This document shows, one piece after another, positions 21,039 to 31,716 of a stretch of 64,000 bases of DNA. The notes below the pieces were generated by a model, which was given only the letters and a program-made list of their open reading frames with translations, did no database searches and had not been told where the DNA came from. The DNA lies in NCBI GenBank assembly GCA_951813565.1, contig OX638351.1, positions 2,176,001 through 2,240,000 on the forward strand, given 5' to 3'. This stretch comes from an uncultured Poribacteria bacterium (GTDB lineage Bacteria > Poribacteria > WGA-4E > WGA-3G). Each line of letters begins with the position of its first letter. Position 1 is the stretch's first letter. The translations under genes were made by a program, and so were the position numbers.

Positions 21039-22919
21039 ATGGGTGGACAACTGTTTGTACTCATTGTGGGCGGTCTGATTGCGTTGTTTGTTATTTTTGT
21101 ACTAATATACAAATCTTTCTACAAAAAAGCCCCTGCTGACGCAGCGTTAGTAATCTCAGGGGGAAACAAAAAACGGGTTGTGTTTGGCGGAACACTGGTT
21201 AATCCGATCACGAATGTGACGCAGCTAATTTCTTTGAATACGCTACAACTCCCTGTTGAGCGGGAAGGTCAAGCGGCTCTGATTACTAAGGATAGTTTAC
21301 GTGTTGACATACAGGCGGAGTTCTATGTAAAAATTGAACCGAATGAACAAGACGTGCTGAAAGCTGTAGCAAGTCTTGGTGATAAAACCTTAACACCCCA
21401 GGCTGTGAATGCATTGCTGGAAGGTAAACTTGTGGGTGTTCTCAGAAGTGTGGCTGCGACCATGGACTTGCAGGAACTTCACGAGAAACGCCAAGAATTT
21501 TCCGACCAGGTTCAGGAAGCATGTCTTGAGGATTTGGAGCAGAACGGTTTTAAACTTGAAACCGTTGCTGTTACTAACCTTGACCAAACACCGCTTGAAG
21601 CACTTGACGAAAACAACCGATTTGATGTCGTTGCTATTCAGACGATCAAGAAGGAAGTAGAAGAAAAACAGACTGATACTGCTAAAATTGAGCATGAAAA
21701 CAAAGTCAGACGTGAAGAAGATCGTCTACTTGCGGAACTTGAAATTAAGCAAAAGGAAGAGGAAACAGAAACAAAAGCGTTAGAGGTTGAGCAGCGACTT
21801 GAGTTTGCACAAGATGAGCAGCGCAAGGAAATTGCAACTAACAAGGCTGAACAGGAACGCGCGGTTGAGGCACATAAGTATGAACAGTTGCAAGCGGTTG
21901 AGGAAGCACGCATCAAACAGGAACAAGCTGTAAAGTCCGCTGAAATCATACAGACACAAAAAATTGAGATGGAACGCATTGAACAGGAACGCATGGTGCA
22001 AGAAAGTGAAATCTCACAAAAGCAGGCTGTCGAAATCGCCCGCGTGCAACAACAGCAATCGGTTGAAGAGGCAGAAATTCAGCGCAACCTCAATATTGAA
22101 AAAGCTAAGATCGACCAAGAGGCTACCGTCAAAGAAACTGACATTGAACGTAGAATTATTCTGTTAGACAAAGAACGTGCAGAAAAAGAAGCTGAGGCGG
22201 CAAACGCTATTCTGGTTTCAATTAAAGAAAAAGAACGCGAGGCTGCTCTTATTGAACTCTTGCAAGTTTCAGCTGAAAAAGCACGGGCTGAAGCCGCCGT
22301 TGAAACAGCTGAAGCAATTGAAAAGGCGGAACGTGAAAGTAAAATAGAACTGATTCGTGCCGAGCAAGAGGCGGACGAAGATAGAATTGCCAAGGAAAAG
22401 ACCGCTGACGCGGAAGTGTATACTATTGTTGAAACGGCAAAGGCAGAACTTGAAGCAGCGCAAGTCAAGGCTGAAGCAACAAAGATACTCTCCGAAGCAC
22501 TACTTGTTGAAGCCAGAGCCGAGGCAGATGGTGAAGAAGCATTAATTATCGCAAAAAATCAGGCTGAGCCACAAGTACTCGTCAGTGATGCTGTGCTTGC
22601 CCTTGTAGAAGCGCTGCCTCAAGTCACCAGTGAGTTGATGAAACCCGCGGAACGTATCGAAAGCATCCGTGTGCTTGACTTAGGCGGTAATGGCGGTGGT
22701 AATGGTAGTTCTGGTAGTATGAACCGCATTCTTGGGTCTATTGTCAACGCTGGTGCAGCAATGCCACTTCTCAAAGAACTTGTGAACTTTAGTGGTATTG
22801 ATACTGCAAAGATTGGACAGACAATTCAGGATTATGCTAAAGGATTAAACCGCACCGCTGTTTCTGAATCTGATTCAGAGTCTGATTCAGAAACCGAGTC
22901 CGATCCTGTTTCTGATTGA
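21039..22919 (+). CDS. Flotillin / SPFH-domain protein (YqiK-like)
   Basis: LITKDSLRVD..FYVK, LRSVAA.MDL.ELHEKR, LDQT, long AE-rich coiled coil, KPAERIESIR. Confidence 0.9.
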   Translation: MGGQLFVLIVGGLIALFVIFVLIYKSFYKKAPADAALVISGGNKKRVVFGGTLVNPITNVTQLISLNTLQLPVEREGQAALITKDSLRVDIQAEFYVKIEPNEQDVLKAVASLGDKTLTPQAVNALLEGKLVGVLRSVAATMDLQELHEKRQEFSDQVQEACLEDLEQNGFKLETVAVTNLDQTPLEALDENNRFDVVAIQTIKKEVEEKQTDTAKIEHENKVRREEDRLLAELEIKQKEEETETKALEVEQRLEFAQDEQRKEIATNKAEQERAVEAHKYEQLQAVEEARIKQEQAVKSAEIIQTQKIEMERIEQERMVQESEISQKQAVEIARVQQQQSVEEAEIQRNLNIEKAKIDQEATVKETDIERRIILLDKERAEKEAEAANAILVSIKEKEREAALIELLQVSAEKARAEAAVETAEAIEKAERESKIELIRAEQEADEDRIAKEKTADAEVYTIVETAKAELEAAQVKAEATKILSEALLVEARAEADGEEALIIAKNQAEPQVLVSDAVLALVEALPQVTSELMKPAERIESIRVLDLGGNGGGNGSSGSMNRILGSIVNAGAAMPLLKELVNFSGIDTAKIGQTIQDYAKGLNRTAVSESDSESDSETESDPVSD

Positions 22920-23039
22920 ATTAATATGGATAATTTACGCTAAACCTTATTGTCAATGTGATCTTCTAATATTTTTAGGGTATCTTCGATTTAGAATAAA
23001 ATCTATTTCAAAGATACCTTAACGCAAAGAGGAAGGACA

Positions 23040-23456
23040 CTGGTTGAAGTTAAAATTGATGATCTTCTTGTTGAATCGCGGAACGATAGTGAACCGGCAG
23101 TGATTTTGAAAGAAAAAACAGGGGATTCTAAACGAAAATTGTTGATACAGATAGGTGAAACTGCAGCGTTGGCAATCAAATCTGGATTGGCAAAAACGGA
23201 ACACCCTCGTCCCAGGACCCATGATCTATTCAAAAGCATCATTGACACACTTTCAACCAAAGTTGTGGCTATCTATATCAACGCTGTTGAAAAGCCAACC
23301 TTTTATGCGAAGATGAAACTCAAATCGGAGAGTCAAGAATTCGACATAGATTCGCGACCGAGTGATGCCCTTGCCATCGCAATCCGATATAACGCCCCAA
23401 TCTATGTGGAAGAAGATGTGATTGAAAAAAACGGATTCTTTGAAAAGGAGAAATAA
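23040..23456 (+). CDS. Bifunctional nuclease family (DUF151), probable CTG start
   Basis: RPRTHDL and DSRPSDALAIA motifs. The CTG aligns with the paralog's ATG. Confidence 0.8.
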   Translation: MVEVKIDDLLVESRNDSEPAVILKEKTGDSKRKLLIQIGETAALAIKSGLAKTEHPRPRTHDLFKSIIDTLSTKVVAIYINAVEKPTFYAKMKLKSESQEFDIDSRPSDALAIAIRYNAPIYVEEDVIEKNGFFEKEK

Positions 23457-23457
23457 C

Positions 23458-23952
23458 ATGGTCGAAGTTAAAATTGAATTTCTGACCGTTGATCGAAATA
23501 CTGGCGCACCGGTCGTCGTTTTAAAAGAAAAAGAAGGCGAATCTAAACGGATATTGTTGATATGGATAGGTGAATCGGAGGCGTGGGCAATAGAGAACCG
23601 ACTGAAAAAAATTGATCTGCCACGACCAATGACACACGACCTGCTCAAAAATGTCATTGATACAATCTCTGGCAAGATAAATTCTATCTGTATCAATGCC
23701 GTTGAAAAATCAACCTTCTTTGCACAAGTAAAACTTGAATTGGATGGGCAAGAATACGATATAGATTCGCGACCAAGCGACGCACTTGCCCTTGCAATCC
23801 GATGTGAAGTGCCGATCTATGTTGAGGAAAAAGTTATTGAAGAAAACGGTTTCCTTGAAGCAGAAGTGAAAAAAGAGAAACCGACACAACGCGACCCTAA
23901 AGATGTTTTGGAAAACCTGGATGAAGATATTGTAAAAAATTACACTGTTTGA
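23458..23952 (+). CDS. Bifunctional nuclease family (DUF151)
   Basis: IWIG..EA, RPMTHDL and DSRPSDALALA motifs; AAGGAG RBS before ATG 23458. Confidence 0.9.
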   Translation: MVEVKIEFLTVDRNTGAPVVVLKEKEGESKRILLIWIGESEAWAIENRLKKIDLPRPMTHDLLKNVIDTISGKINSICINAVEKSTFFAQVKLELDGQEYDIDSRPSDALALAIRCEVPIYVEEKVIEENGFLEAEVKKEKPTQRDPKDVLENLDEDIVKNYTV

Positions 23953-24043
23953 TCAGCGATCTGTGAATCCAGAAGATTATAGGACACAAACACTTCAAGA
24001 AGACTTTGTTCTGAACTTCATTACTGTAAAAACGCAGGTCACC

Positions 24044-24949
24044 ATGGGATACTCATTTAGCAAAGACTGTATCGTGCTCCATGATAGTTGCACAACAGCC
24101 TTGGATACCAGCAACTTTGTCTCAAAGATAGACCTATCCTTCCTTGATCCGCCTTTCAATCAAGACAAAGCATACAATCAATGGGATGATAACCTACCGC
24201 CTGAAGAATATTGGGAATGGATGCAAGAGGTATGTTCAAAAATCTACGCTTTAACTTCCGATGGTGGTGCTATCTATTTCATGCAACGCGAAAAAAATAC
24301 AGAATTCGTTTTGCAATGTTTACGTGATAGTGGTTGGACTTTTCAAAATCTGATTGTCTGGAAAAAGAAAACCTCAGCAGTTCCAGGAACAAAGCGATTT
24401 GGAAAGCACTATCAGATAATTGGATTTGCAACGAAAGGCAAAACGCCACGCGTTTTTAACCGCCTCCGTATTGATCCACCACTGCCAGCAGATTACAAGT
24501 ACACGCGTGAAAACGGTATATTCGTTACCGACGTGTGGGATGATATTCGCGAGTTAACATCAGGCTATTTTGCAGGCGATGAAGCGTTACGCGATGCGGA
24601 AGGGAATCGCTTACACAAACAGCAAACTCCCATTCAGCTCCTCCTACGAATTATCCTCTCTTCCACAAATCCTGGTGATGTCGTCCTTGACCCATTTGCT
24701 GGTTCTGGCACAACGTTGGTTGTATCAGAACAATTAGCACGAAAATCAATCGGTATTGAACTTGATGCCTTCAACGTAGAACTTATTCAAAACAGACTTG
24801 CAGAACAGCGAGAATCAGACGATGTTTCTCGCTGTTTAAAAGATTATGTATGCACTCCGAATCTTGAACTGATTTGGGGAAAGGAACAATTAGCACCACA
24901 TAATCCGGACTTTTCTAAGCAGATGAAACTTTTTGAATCAAAACAGTAA
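24044..24949 (+). CDS. DNA amino-methyltransferase, beta class (N6A/N4C)
   Basis: DPPF precedes DPFAGSGTT. Start uncertain (23963 or 24044). Confidence 0.88.
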   Translation: MGYSFSKDCIVLHDSCTTALDTSNFVSKIDLSFLDPPFNQDKAYNQWDDNLPPEEYWEWMQEVCSKIYALTSDGGAIYFMQREKNTEFVLQCLRDSGWTFQNLIVWKKKTSAVPGTKRFGKHYQIIGFATKGKTPRVFNRLRIDPPLPADYKYTRENGIFVTDVWDDIRELTSGYFAGDEALRDAEGNRLHKQQTPIQLLLRIILSSTNPGDVVLDPFAGSGTTLVVSEQLARKSIGIELDAFNVELIQNRLAEQRESDDVSRCLKDYVCTPNLELIWGKEQLAPHNPDFSKQMKLFESKQ

Positions 24950-25797
24950 TGGCTTATTCTATTTACCATTTCTTTGCTGACTTGTACAGAAAAAAAGTCG
25001 AATTCTACTCAGTAGAAAAACTTGATAGTTTCTCATTTGATACACAAATTCTCTCTTGTATCAATATAGGTCGTTTTCCAGATTTAGCCATAAAACTAAA
25101 TCACAACAATCACGAGTTTAGCGGTGGAGAGTTAATTGAACTCAAAGATAGCAGAAAATCATATTCGGTGGCTTCTTTTAATTCAACGATTCCAACAGGC
25201 GAAAAGGAAATTCAAAAGTTAACTACAGGCATCTCAAATACTATTAGAACACAGATGCAAGAAGCAGGTAATGATATACTCTCCTTGCCGATCCGACAAG
25301 TTTTCTATCTGATTCGCGGCAAGAAGGGGCAAAACATAAAAGTTTGCTTAACTCACGGCAAGTTTTTTGAGACCGTCCCTGTTTCAAGACTTATTTCGGA
25401 TTCATTTGGTCAAGCTCTGGAAGAACGCTTAGACGAACTCGGCGAATCTTTGTCGACACAAATGAAACAAAAATTATTAGGCTTGTTTAGTGAACAACAA
25501 GCCTTCAGTAGAGTGAGAAATGTAGACAATGCCTCAGTAAAACTCCGTTTTCGTATTATGACTGAAGTTAAAGCTGGGGCAAACATTTTGAATCCGAATC
25601 AGTACTCTCAAATTGAGGATGATACACTCAATTTTGCTGTGCCTTGTCATGATGAAACCGAACAAAATCAGCTACAGGGTAAAATGAGAATTGCCTTTGA
25701 GGAGATGGGATGTGTCAATTTATTTTCACAAATGGATGTTTTTAATCTCCAACACCATTTTAATGGGAATTTTCTCATTTTTCAGGCAAATCTATAG
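24949..25797 (+). CDS. Putative type II restriction endonuclease
   Basis: FPDL...IELKDS PD-(D/E)xK motif; TAATG coupling to the MTase; lies between two MTases. Confidence 0.6.
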   Translation: MAYSIYHFFADLYRKKVEFYSVEKLDSFSFDTQILSCINIGRFPDLAIKLNHNNHEFSGGELIELKDSRKSYSVASFNSTIPTGEKEIQKLTTGISNTIRTQMQEAGNDILSLPIRQVFYLIRGKKGQNIKVCLTHGKFFETVPVSRLISDSFGQALEERLDELGESLSTQMKQKLLGLFSEQQAFSRVRNVDNASVKLRFRIMTEVKAGANILNPNQYSQIEDDTLNFAVPCHDETEQNQLQGKMRIAFEEMGCVNLFSQMDVFNLQHHFNGNFLIFQANL

Positions 25798-25835
25798 TCA
25801 AATTATTTTCGTTAAGTACTTGCTACAATAGTGAC

Positions 25836-26993
25836 ATGACTTCAATACAATTGAGTTTTGATTTTTGTCAACCCAAGAGTTGTCTGCTTTACGTTCCTAC
25901 AGAAGTAGACGAATTTTGGACAGCAAAGCAACGTGCTGGTCACTCCATCCACGAAATTTCGTATCGTGCCTGCTACAAACCGCAATTACCCGCATATTTT
26001 GTTCAGAAGTTCTGTGAACCGGCATCTATCGTTTACGATCCGTTTATGGGACGCGGTACCACCTTGATAGAGGCGCAGCTTCACGGACATAAAGCCATTG
26101 GCAATGATATAAATCCTCTGTCAATAATCCTTACATCCCCCCGCCTCGACCCACCTACATTAGCAGATATAGAAAAGAGATTGTCTGAGATTGATCTGTC
26201 AAACGATGCTGAAATCGACCAAGACCTCTTAGTCTTTTTCCATGAAGATACACTCAGAGAGATTTACGGATGGCGAACCTATTTCCGACAAAAACAACTT
26301 GATAAAGTTGAGGCATGGTTACAAATGGTAGCATGTAGCCGTCTAACAGGACATTCTACAGGTTTCTTTTCTGTTTTCACCCTTCCGCCAAATCTTGCAG
26401 CTTCGGTCACTTCTCAGCAAAAAATCAACGAAAAACGAAATCAGACTCCAGAATACCGAAACACAAAGGAACTGATATTAAGAAAATCGAAGCAATTGTT
26501 GCGTCATAGCCTTCCCGATCACTTTTGGCAGGATGATGCTGTACTTCTTACCGAGTCCGCAGATAACACGCCCCAAATCGCGGACGAATCGGTTGACTTA
26601 GTTGTTACATCACCCCCTTTTCTTGACACTGTTGACTATGAGCAGGATAACTGGCTACGGATGTGGTTTTGTGACATAAAAGTTGAAGCGGGAAAAATCT
26701 GGCAATTAAAATCTCTGGAGGATTGGGTTGCACGTATGACAGATGTGTTTGTGGAACTGCACCGAATATTAAAACGTACTGGCAGAATCGCTTTTGAGGT
26801 AGGAGAGGTTCGCAAGGGTGCTGTTCTCTTAGAAAATGCCGTGGCAAAAGCATCTTTTGATGCCGGATTTCTACCAGAAAAGTTGATAATAAACGCACAG
26901 CACTTTACGAAAACGGCAAATTGCTGGGGTGTCTCTAATAATAATAAAGGCACAAATAGCAATCGTATTGTTATTTTGAAAAAGGATGGTTAA
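25836..26993 (+). CDS. DNA methyltransferase, alpha-order, probably N4-cytosine
   Basis: DPFMGRGTT near the N-terminus, TSPPF near the C-terminus. Confidence 0.85.
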   Translation: MTSIQLSFDFCQPKSCLLYVPTEVDEFWTAKQRAGHSIHEISYRACYKPQLPAYFVQKFCEPASIVYDPFMGRGTTLIEAQLHGHKAIGNDINPLSIILTSPRLDPPTLADIEKRLSEIDLSNDAEIDQDLLVFFHEDTLREIYGWRTYFRQKQLDKVEAWLQMVACSRLTGHSTGFFSVFTLPPNLAASVTSQQKINEKRNQTPEYRNTKELILRKSKQLLRHSLPDHFWQDDAVLLTESADNTPQIADESVDLVVTSPPFLDTVDYEQDNWLRMWFCDIKVEAGKIWQLKSLEDWVARMTDVFVELHRILKRTGRIAFEVGEVRKGAVLLENAVAKASFDAGFLPEKLIINAQHFTKTANCWGVSNNNKGTNSNRIVILKKDG

Positions 26994-27013
26994 CAAAGAA
27001 GGAGAATTACGTT

Positions 27014-28711
27014 TTGAAAAAATACCGGTATTGGACACAACTGCTCTGTATCATAGCAGGCTTGATTTTCATCAGTATTAACGGATTTTCAAAAGACATA
27101 GAGTTCGACGAACTACCTAAAGCTATACAGAAAATCGCTTTGCGTGAAATTGGAGACTTATCAATTGACGATGTTGACAGGGAAAAGGACGATGGAGAGA
27201 TTATCTATGATATAGAAGCGGAAGGAGATGGAATTAGAATTGAACTTGAGATTGCAGAAGATGGCACAATCAAGGAAAGAGATATTAACGAAGAAATTTC
27301 TTTTTCTGAACTCCCAATACCTGTCCAAGATACAGTTCGTCGCCACGTTGGAGCGTTGGAAATAGATGACGTGGAACGAAAAACGGAACTCGGTAAAGGT
27401 GTTTTTTACGATATTGAGGCTGATGATATGGGTGTTGAAATTGACCTGGAGATCGCCCATGACGGAACTTTGATAGATAAGGATATGAGTGATCCTATTG
27501 AGCTTAGAGTGGAGTTGGTAGCGAAATCTAAATTACCAACACTTGAAGATATATCGCCTTATAGAGAAGCACTTGTCTTTTATGAGTACAGGCTCAAGAA
27601 GCGACTTGATGGCGAATTCAAGGGCAAAAAACTGCGGGTTGCACATTGGGCAATTTACGATAATCAACCGCAGCCAATTGGCAAAGCTAAAATTGGATCA
27701 TCACAGGAATTAGAGCTCTATCCTTACCAACAGTTCAAAGAACTTGAAAGCCTCTATACCAGTGATACGCTTGAATTAGACCCTGACATACCACTCTATC
27801 ACGATATTGGACAGAAAATCCTTGAAGACCAGTCTATTGAAGACCGGTTTGACTACGACTCTATTCTCTCCGAAAAGATGCCGGTTTTCTGGCAACTAAA
27901 AGATCAACTTAAACTTGTTGCTCTGGGTGACTCAAGATGCGAATCAGGTATTCAAGCAGAACTGTTTTACGGTGCCGAAAATCGTAGAACTCCGGTAGCA
28001 TACAACCTCGCAATTTCAGGCGGTTCGCTGGAGTTTCAGACAACTTTTGTTGATGAATATCTTTTGAAAATGTCCAACTTGGAGTGGGTGGTTTATCAAC
28101 TGTCACCGCGTGTCGTTAACCGACACTTTGAGAGATCGTCCGAGAGGGAATTGTTGAAAAGCGACGGTTTTGAATTTGACCAGAAACATGCTAAGTCACT
28201 TTGGCGTAGATCCGAAACGGATGGCAAGAAAAAAACGGTAACCGAAATCTCGGCAACCCCTTATGCGGGAGCATATTGGTCTGAACGTCCATGGGGATGG
28301 AAATATAGAAATGATGTTTGGCAAAATCCTGAAACCGATGACTTCAAGAAGCGGTGGGAAATCTCTGAGAAACGGTGGGACCGTCTTGAAGCAATGATCG
28401 ATGCACTAAACGGACGGGATGTTAAGATATTGCTATATCTATCCCCTTTCCATCCAATTATGCAAGGCGAACCTGTTGTGGACGATGATGGTACTACGCA
28501 GAAAGGGTATCGGGAACTGATTGATCGGTTGCGAAAGATGGAGAAACAGTTTCCAAATCTTGTCTTCGTTGATTTAATTCAAGGTGGAAATCACGATTTT
28601 GCTCCAGAGATGTTCAAAGATCTTGACCACCTGAATGCGCGTGGGGCTACAAAGTTGACACAGGAGCTTGAAAAAGTTCGGCAACGCAACACAAAAAAAC
28701 GCCGTAAATGA
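27014..28711 (+). CDS. Secreted protein: two PepSY/BLIP-like repeats + linker domain + SGNH-like domain
   Basis: Signal peptide; two ELP..Q..YDIEA..LEIA.DGT repeats; LGDS and D.DH motifs. Confidence 0.6.
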   Translation: MKKYRYWTQLLCIIAGLIFISINGFSKDIEFDELPKAIQKIALREIGDLSIDDVDREKDDGEIIYDIEAEGDGIRIELEIAEDGTIKERDINEEISFSELPIPVQDTVRRHVGALEIDDVERKTELGKGVFYDIEADDMGVEIDLEIAHDGTLIDKDMSDPIELRVELVAKSKLPTLEDISPYREALVFYEYRLKKRLDGEFKGKKLRVAHWAIYDNQPQPIGKAKIGSSQELELYPYQQFKELESLYTSDTLELDPDIPLYHDIGQKILEDQSIEDRFDYDSILSEKMPVFWQLKDQLKLVALGDSRCESGIQAELFYGAENRRTPVAYNLAISGGSLEFQTTFVDEYLLKMSNLEWVVYQLSPRVVNRHFERSSERELLKSDGFEFDQKHAKSLWRRSETDGKKKTVTEISATPYAGAYWSERPWGWKYRNDVWQNPETDDFKKRWEISEKRWDRLEAMIDALNGRDVKILLYLSPFHPIMQGEPVVDDDGTTQKGYRELIDRLRKMEKQFPNLVFVDLIQGGNHDFAPEMFKDLDHLNARGATKLTQELEKVRQRNTKKRRK

Positions 28712-28735
28712 AGATAGACTAAAAAGGAATTTCGT

Positions 28736-30139
28736 ATGGTTTTCAGTTCGCATATCTTCGTCTATTACTTCCTCCCGATTGCGCTCCTAAGCTACTACCT
28801 ATTCCCTCGTCAAGCGAAGCATTTTGGACTAACACTCCTGAGTTACCTGTTTTACGGTTGGGCAAACCCTCCCTTTGCGTTACTGATGTTTGCCTCAACG
28901 GTAATTGACTATACGTGTGGGCACGTCATTTCAAGAAGTGAACATCACCGTAAGCGAAGACTCGCACTGACAATCTCCATCTGTTCCAATCTATCCCTTT
29001 TAGGGTTTTTCAAATACTTCAATTTCGGTATTTCAAACTTTAATGCTATTCTGGGATGGTTGGGGTTACCGATATGGGAAAGCGTGCTTCAGGTTGTACT
29101 CCCTCTCGGAATCAGCTTCTACACCTTCCAATCAATGAGTTACACGATAGATGTCTATCGTGGTGATGCTAAAGCGATTCGGAATTTTATTGATTTTGCT
29201 TGTTATGTGTCAATGTTTCCGCAACTCGTTGCGGGTCCAATAATTCGGTTTTCAGAGGTAGCCGATCAACTAAAGCAACGTAAGCACACGTTGCAAAAAT
29301 TCGCCCGTGGAATCGCTTTCTTCTCGTTAGGAATGGCAAAAAAGGTTTTATTAGCCAACCCCTGCGGCAAATGCGCTGACACAGTGTTTGACGCGGGTAT
29401 AGTCAGCACACTTGATGCTTGGTATGGCACAATCGCTTACGCCTTTCAAATCTATTTCGATTTCAGCGGTTATTCCGACATGGCAATCGGCTTGGGATTA
29501 ATGTTGGGATTTACGTTTCCCAAAAACTTTGATTCCCCTTATCATTCGGAATCTATTACGGAGTTTTGGCGCAAATGGCACATTTCGCTTTCCAGTTGGT
29601 TGCGTGACTATCTCTATATTCCACTTGGTGGAAACCGTCGGGGACAGACGCGAACTTATGTCAATTTAGCACTTGTGATGTTGCTTGGCGGTTTGTGGCA
29701 CGGCGCATCGTGGAATTTTATCATCTGGGGTGGAATTCATGGCGGTATGCTGGCACTTGAACGGAATCGAGGAAAAACAAGTTACTACAATTCTCTACCG
29801 AAACTATTACGAGTCACAGCAACGTTCCTACTTGTGCTAATCACATGGGTTTTCTTTCGGGCAGGTGGCTTGACACATGCCCTAACATACTTGCGATGTA
29901 TGTTTAGCAGTGCTAACGTCCAACCAGCCACCGATTTAATTGCAGGGATTCTGTATCAACCTTACTACTTGTTAACAATGGGTATTGCGGGAATTATCGT
30001 CTGGGGTTTTCCACAGACATGGGAGTGGACACAAAAATTGACACCTATCCGAATGGGTGTGTGTTTTCTGCTATTCTTACTCTCACTTGCTGTTTTGTCA
30101 ACACAGGCGTATAACCCATTTATCTATTTCATTTTTTAG
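28736..30139 (+). CDS. MBOAT O-acyltransferase, AlgI/DltB-like
   Basis: PLGISFYTFQSMSY, FPQLVAGPI, QIYFDFSGYSDMA, FWRKWHISLS.WLRDY and GLWHGA motifs. Confidence 0.93.
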   Translation: MVFSSHIFVYYFLPIALLSYYLFPRQAKHFGLTLLSYLFYGWANPPFALLMFASTVIDYTCGHVISRSEHHRKRRLALTISICSNLSLLGFFKYFNFGISNFNAILGWLGLPIWESVLQVVLPLGISFYTFQSMSYTIDVYRGDAKAIRNFIDFACYVSMFPQLVAGPIIRFSEVADQLKQRKHTLQKFARGIAFFSLGMAKKVLLANPCGKCADTVFDAGIVSTLDAWYGTIAYAFQIYFDFSGYSDMAIGLGLMLGFTFPKNFDSPYHSESITEFWRKWHISLSSWLRDYLYIPLGGNRRGQTRTYVNLALVMLLGGLWHGASWNFIIWGGIHGGMLALERNRGKTSYYNSLPKLLRVTATFLLVLITWVFFRAGGLTHALTYLRCMFSSANVQPATDLIAGILYQPYYLLTMGIAGIIVWGFPQTWEWTQKLTPIRMGVCFLLFLLSLAVLSTQAYNPFIYFIF

Positions 30140-30141
30140 AT

Positions 30142-31716
30142 ATGCAAAACTTAGCTGAACACCGCAGAGAAACAGCCGAAAAAGAACTCGGCAGCACATT
30201 TGTAAAACGAAACGTGTGCATAATCAGTCTTATCATTTTCAGCGTGGTACTCCTATCAGTGCCTATATGTCAGTTTATCTCAGAAATTCAACGTGGCAAG
30301 TCTCCTTATGTCTTTAGTGCTGTTGAACTGTTATCCGAACCTAAGCGCGAAGCCATTGAGAAGTTTGAGGACGCATTAGAAGAAAAATCCGTACTTACCA
30401 ATTGGTTGCTGCCGAATGTGCAAACAATTTTGACAGATTCGCTGCGCACAGGTAACGAACAGGCATATCTGGGGCGTGATGGGTGGTTGTTCTACCGTGC
30501 CGATATAGACTCGCTAATCATTGATAAAAGTCCTATCCTACACGAACCGCGTAGAGCAGTTTATTCTAATGATGCACTTAAAGCGATAATTGATTTCAAA
30601 CGGCAGTTAGCGGAGCGTAACATCACACTCATTGTTATGCCCACACCTGTTAAACCGACGATTCATCCAGAGAAGTTCTCAGTACGCCACCAAAATCCTA
30701 CCGCACCGGTACACAATCCAATCTATGCAAAATTTCTTGAGGCACTTACATCAAATGGTGTTTCAGTATATGATCCGTCCGGATTTCTCTTTGAAGCTGC
30801 CAAAGAAAATACGCAGTTTCTCAAAACAGATACACATTGGAAGCCAGAAGCAATGGAACGCGTTGCGAAAAATCTTGCGGCGTTCATAACAGAACGTGTT
30901 AAATTTGCCAATGCTCCAACTTCTGCCTATACCAAAACTGCAACCGAAATCACAAACTTAGGGGACATCGCAAAAATGCTAAACCTGCGGGAATTCCACA
31001 GCTTGTTTCCCCCGGAACACGTCACAACCTCTGCTATCCGTACCCAATCGGGAGAGCCATGGCAACCTGACCGTAATGCAGAAATTCTGTTTCTTGGAGA
31101 CAGTTTTAGCAATATATACTCACTTGCTGGCATGGGATGGGGAGAATCGGCAGGTTTTGTAGAGCATCTCAGCACAGAATTATCGCGACCGATTGATAAA
31201 ATCGTCATTAACGATGGCGGCGCGCTTGCTACCCGTCAAACGCTTGTGCAGGCGCCTAATCGTCTCGCTGGTAAACGTGTCTTCGTCTATCAATTCGCAA
31301 CGCGGGAACTCTTTTCTCGTAACTGGAAACAACTGCCGATTCCACCAATCCAGTCCACATCCGAAGATAAGGTAGCAAAACCAACGCCAATGGATAAAGA
31401 GATAACCATTACCGCTTCTATCAAAGACAAAACAGACCCACCTGCCCCCGGTAGTGTGCCATATTCTGAATGTATCATTGCGCTTCACCTTGAAAATACC
31501 AAAACACTTGAGCTGCCAGAAGAACTCGTTGTGTTCATGTGGGGCATGCGTGAAAACAGATGGACAGATGCCGCTACCTTTAAAATCGGACAGAATGTGA
31601 AATTGCGCCTCCGACCTTGGGATTCGGTTCAGGCAGACTACGGCAGCTACAACCGTATAGAATTGGAAAATGAAAATGTATGGTTATTAGATGTCTATTG
31701 GGGAGAAATACCGTGA
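30142..31716 (+). CDS. AlgJ/AlgX-like SGNH O-acetyltransferase with C-terminal extra domain
   Basis: GRDGWLFY, P.K.TI.PE, TDTHW and LGDSF motifs. Confidence 0.85.
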   Translation: MQNLAEHRRETAEKELGSTFVKRNVCIISLIIFSVVLLSVPICQFISEIQRGKSPYVFSAVELLSEPKREAIEKFEDALEEKSVLTNWLLPNVQTILTDSLRTGNEQAYLGRDGWLFYRADIDSLIIDKSPILHEPRRAVYSNDALKAIIDFKRQLAERNITLIVMPTPVKPTIHPEKFSVRHQNPTAPVHNPIYAKFLEALTSNGVSVYDPSGFLFEAAKENTQFLKTDTHWKPEAMERVAKNLAAFITERVKFANAPTSAYTKTATEITNLGDIAKMLNLREFHSLFPPEHVTTSAIRTQSGEPWQPDRNAEILFLGDSFSNIYSLAGMGWGESAGFVEHLSTELSRPIDKIVINDGGALATRQTLVQAPNRLAGKRVFVYQFATRELFSRNWKQLPIPPIQSTSEDKVAKPTPMDKEITITASIKDKTDPPAPGSVPYSECIIALHLENTKTLELPEELVVFMWGMRENRWTDAATFKIGQNVKLRLRPWDSVQADYGSYNRIELENENVWLLDVYWGEIP

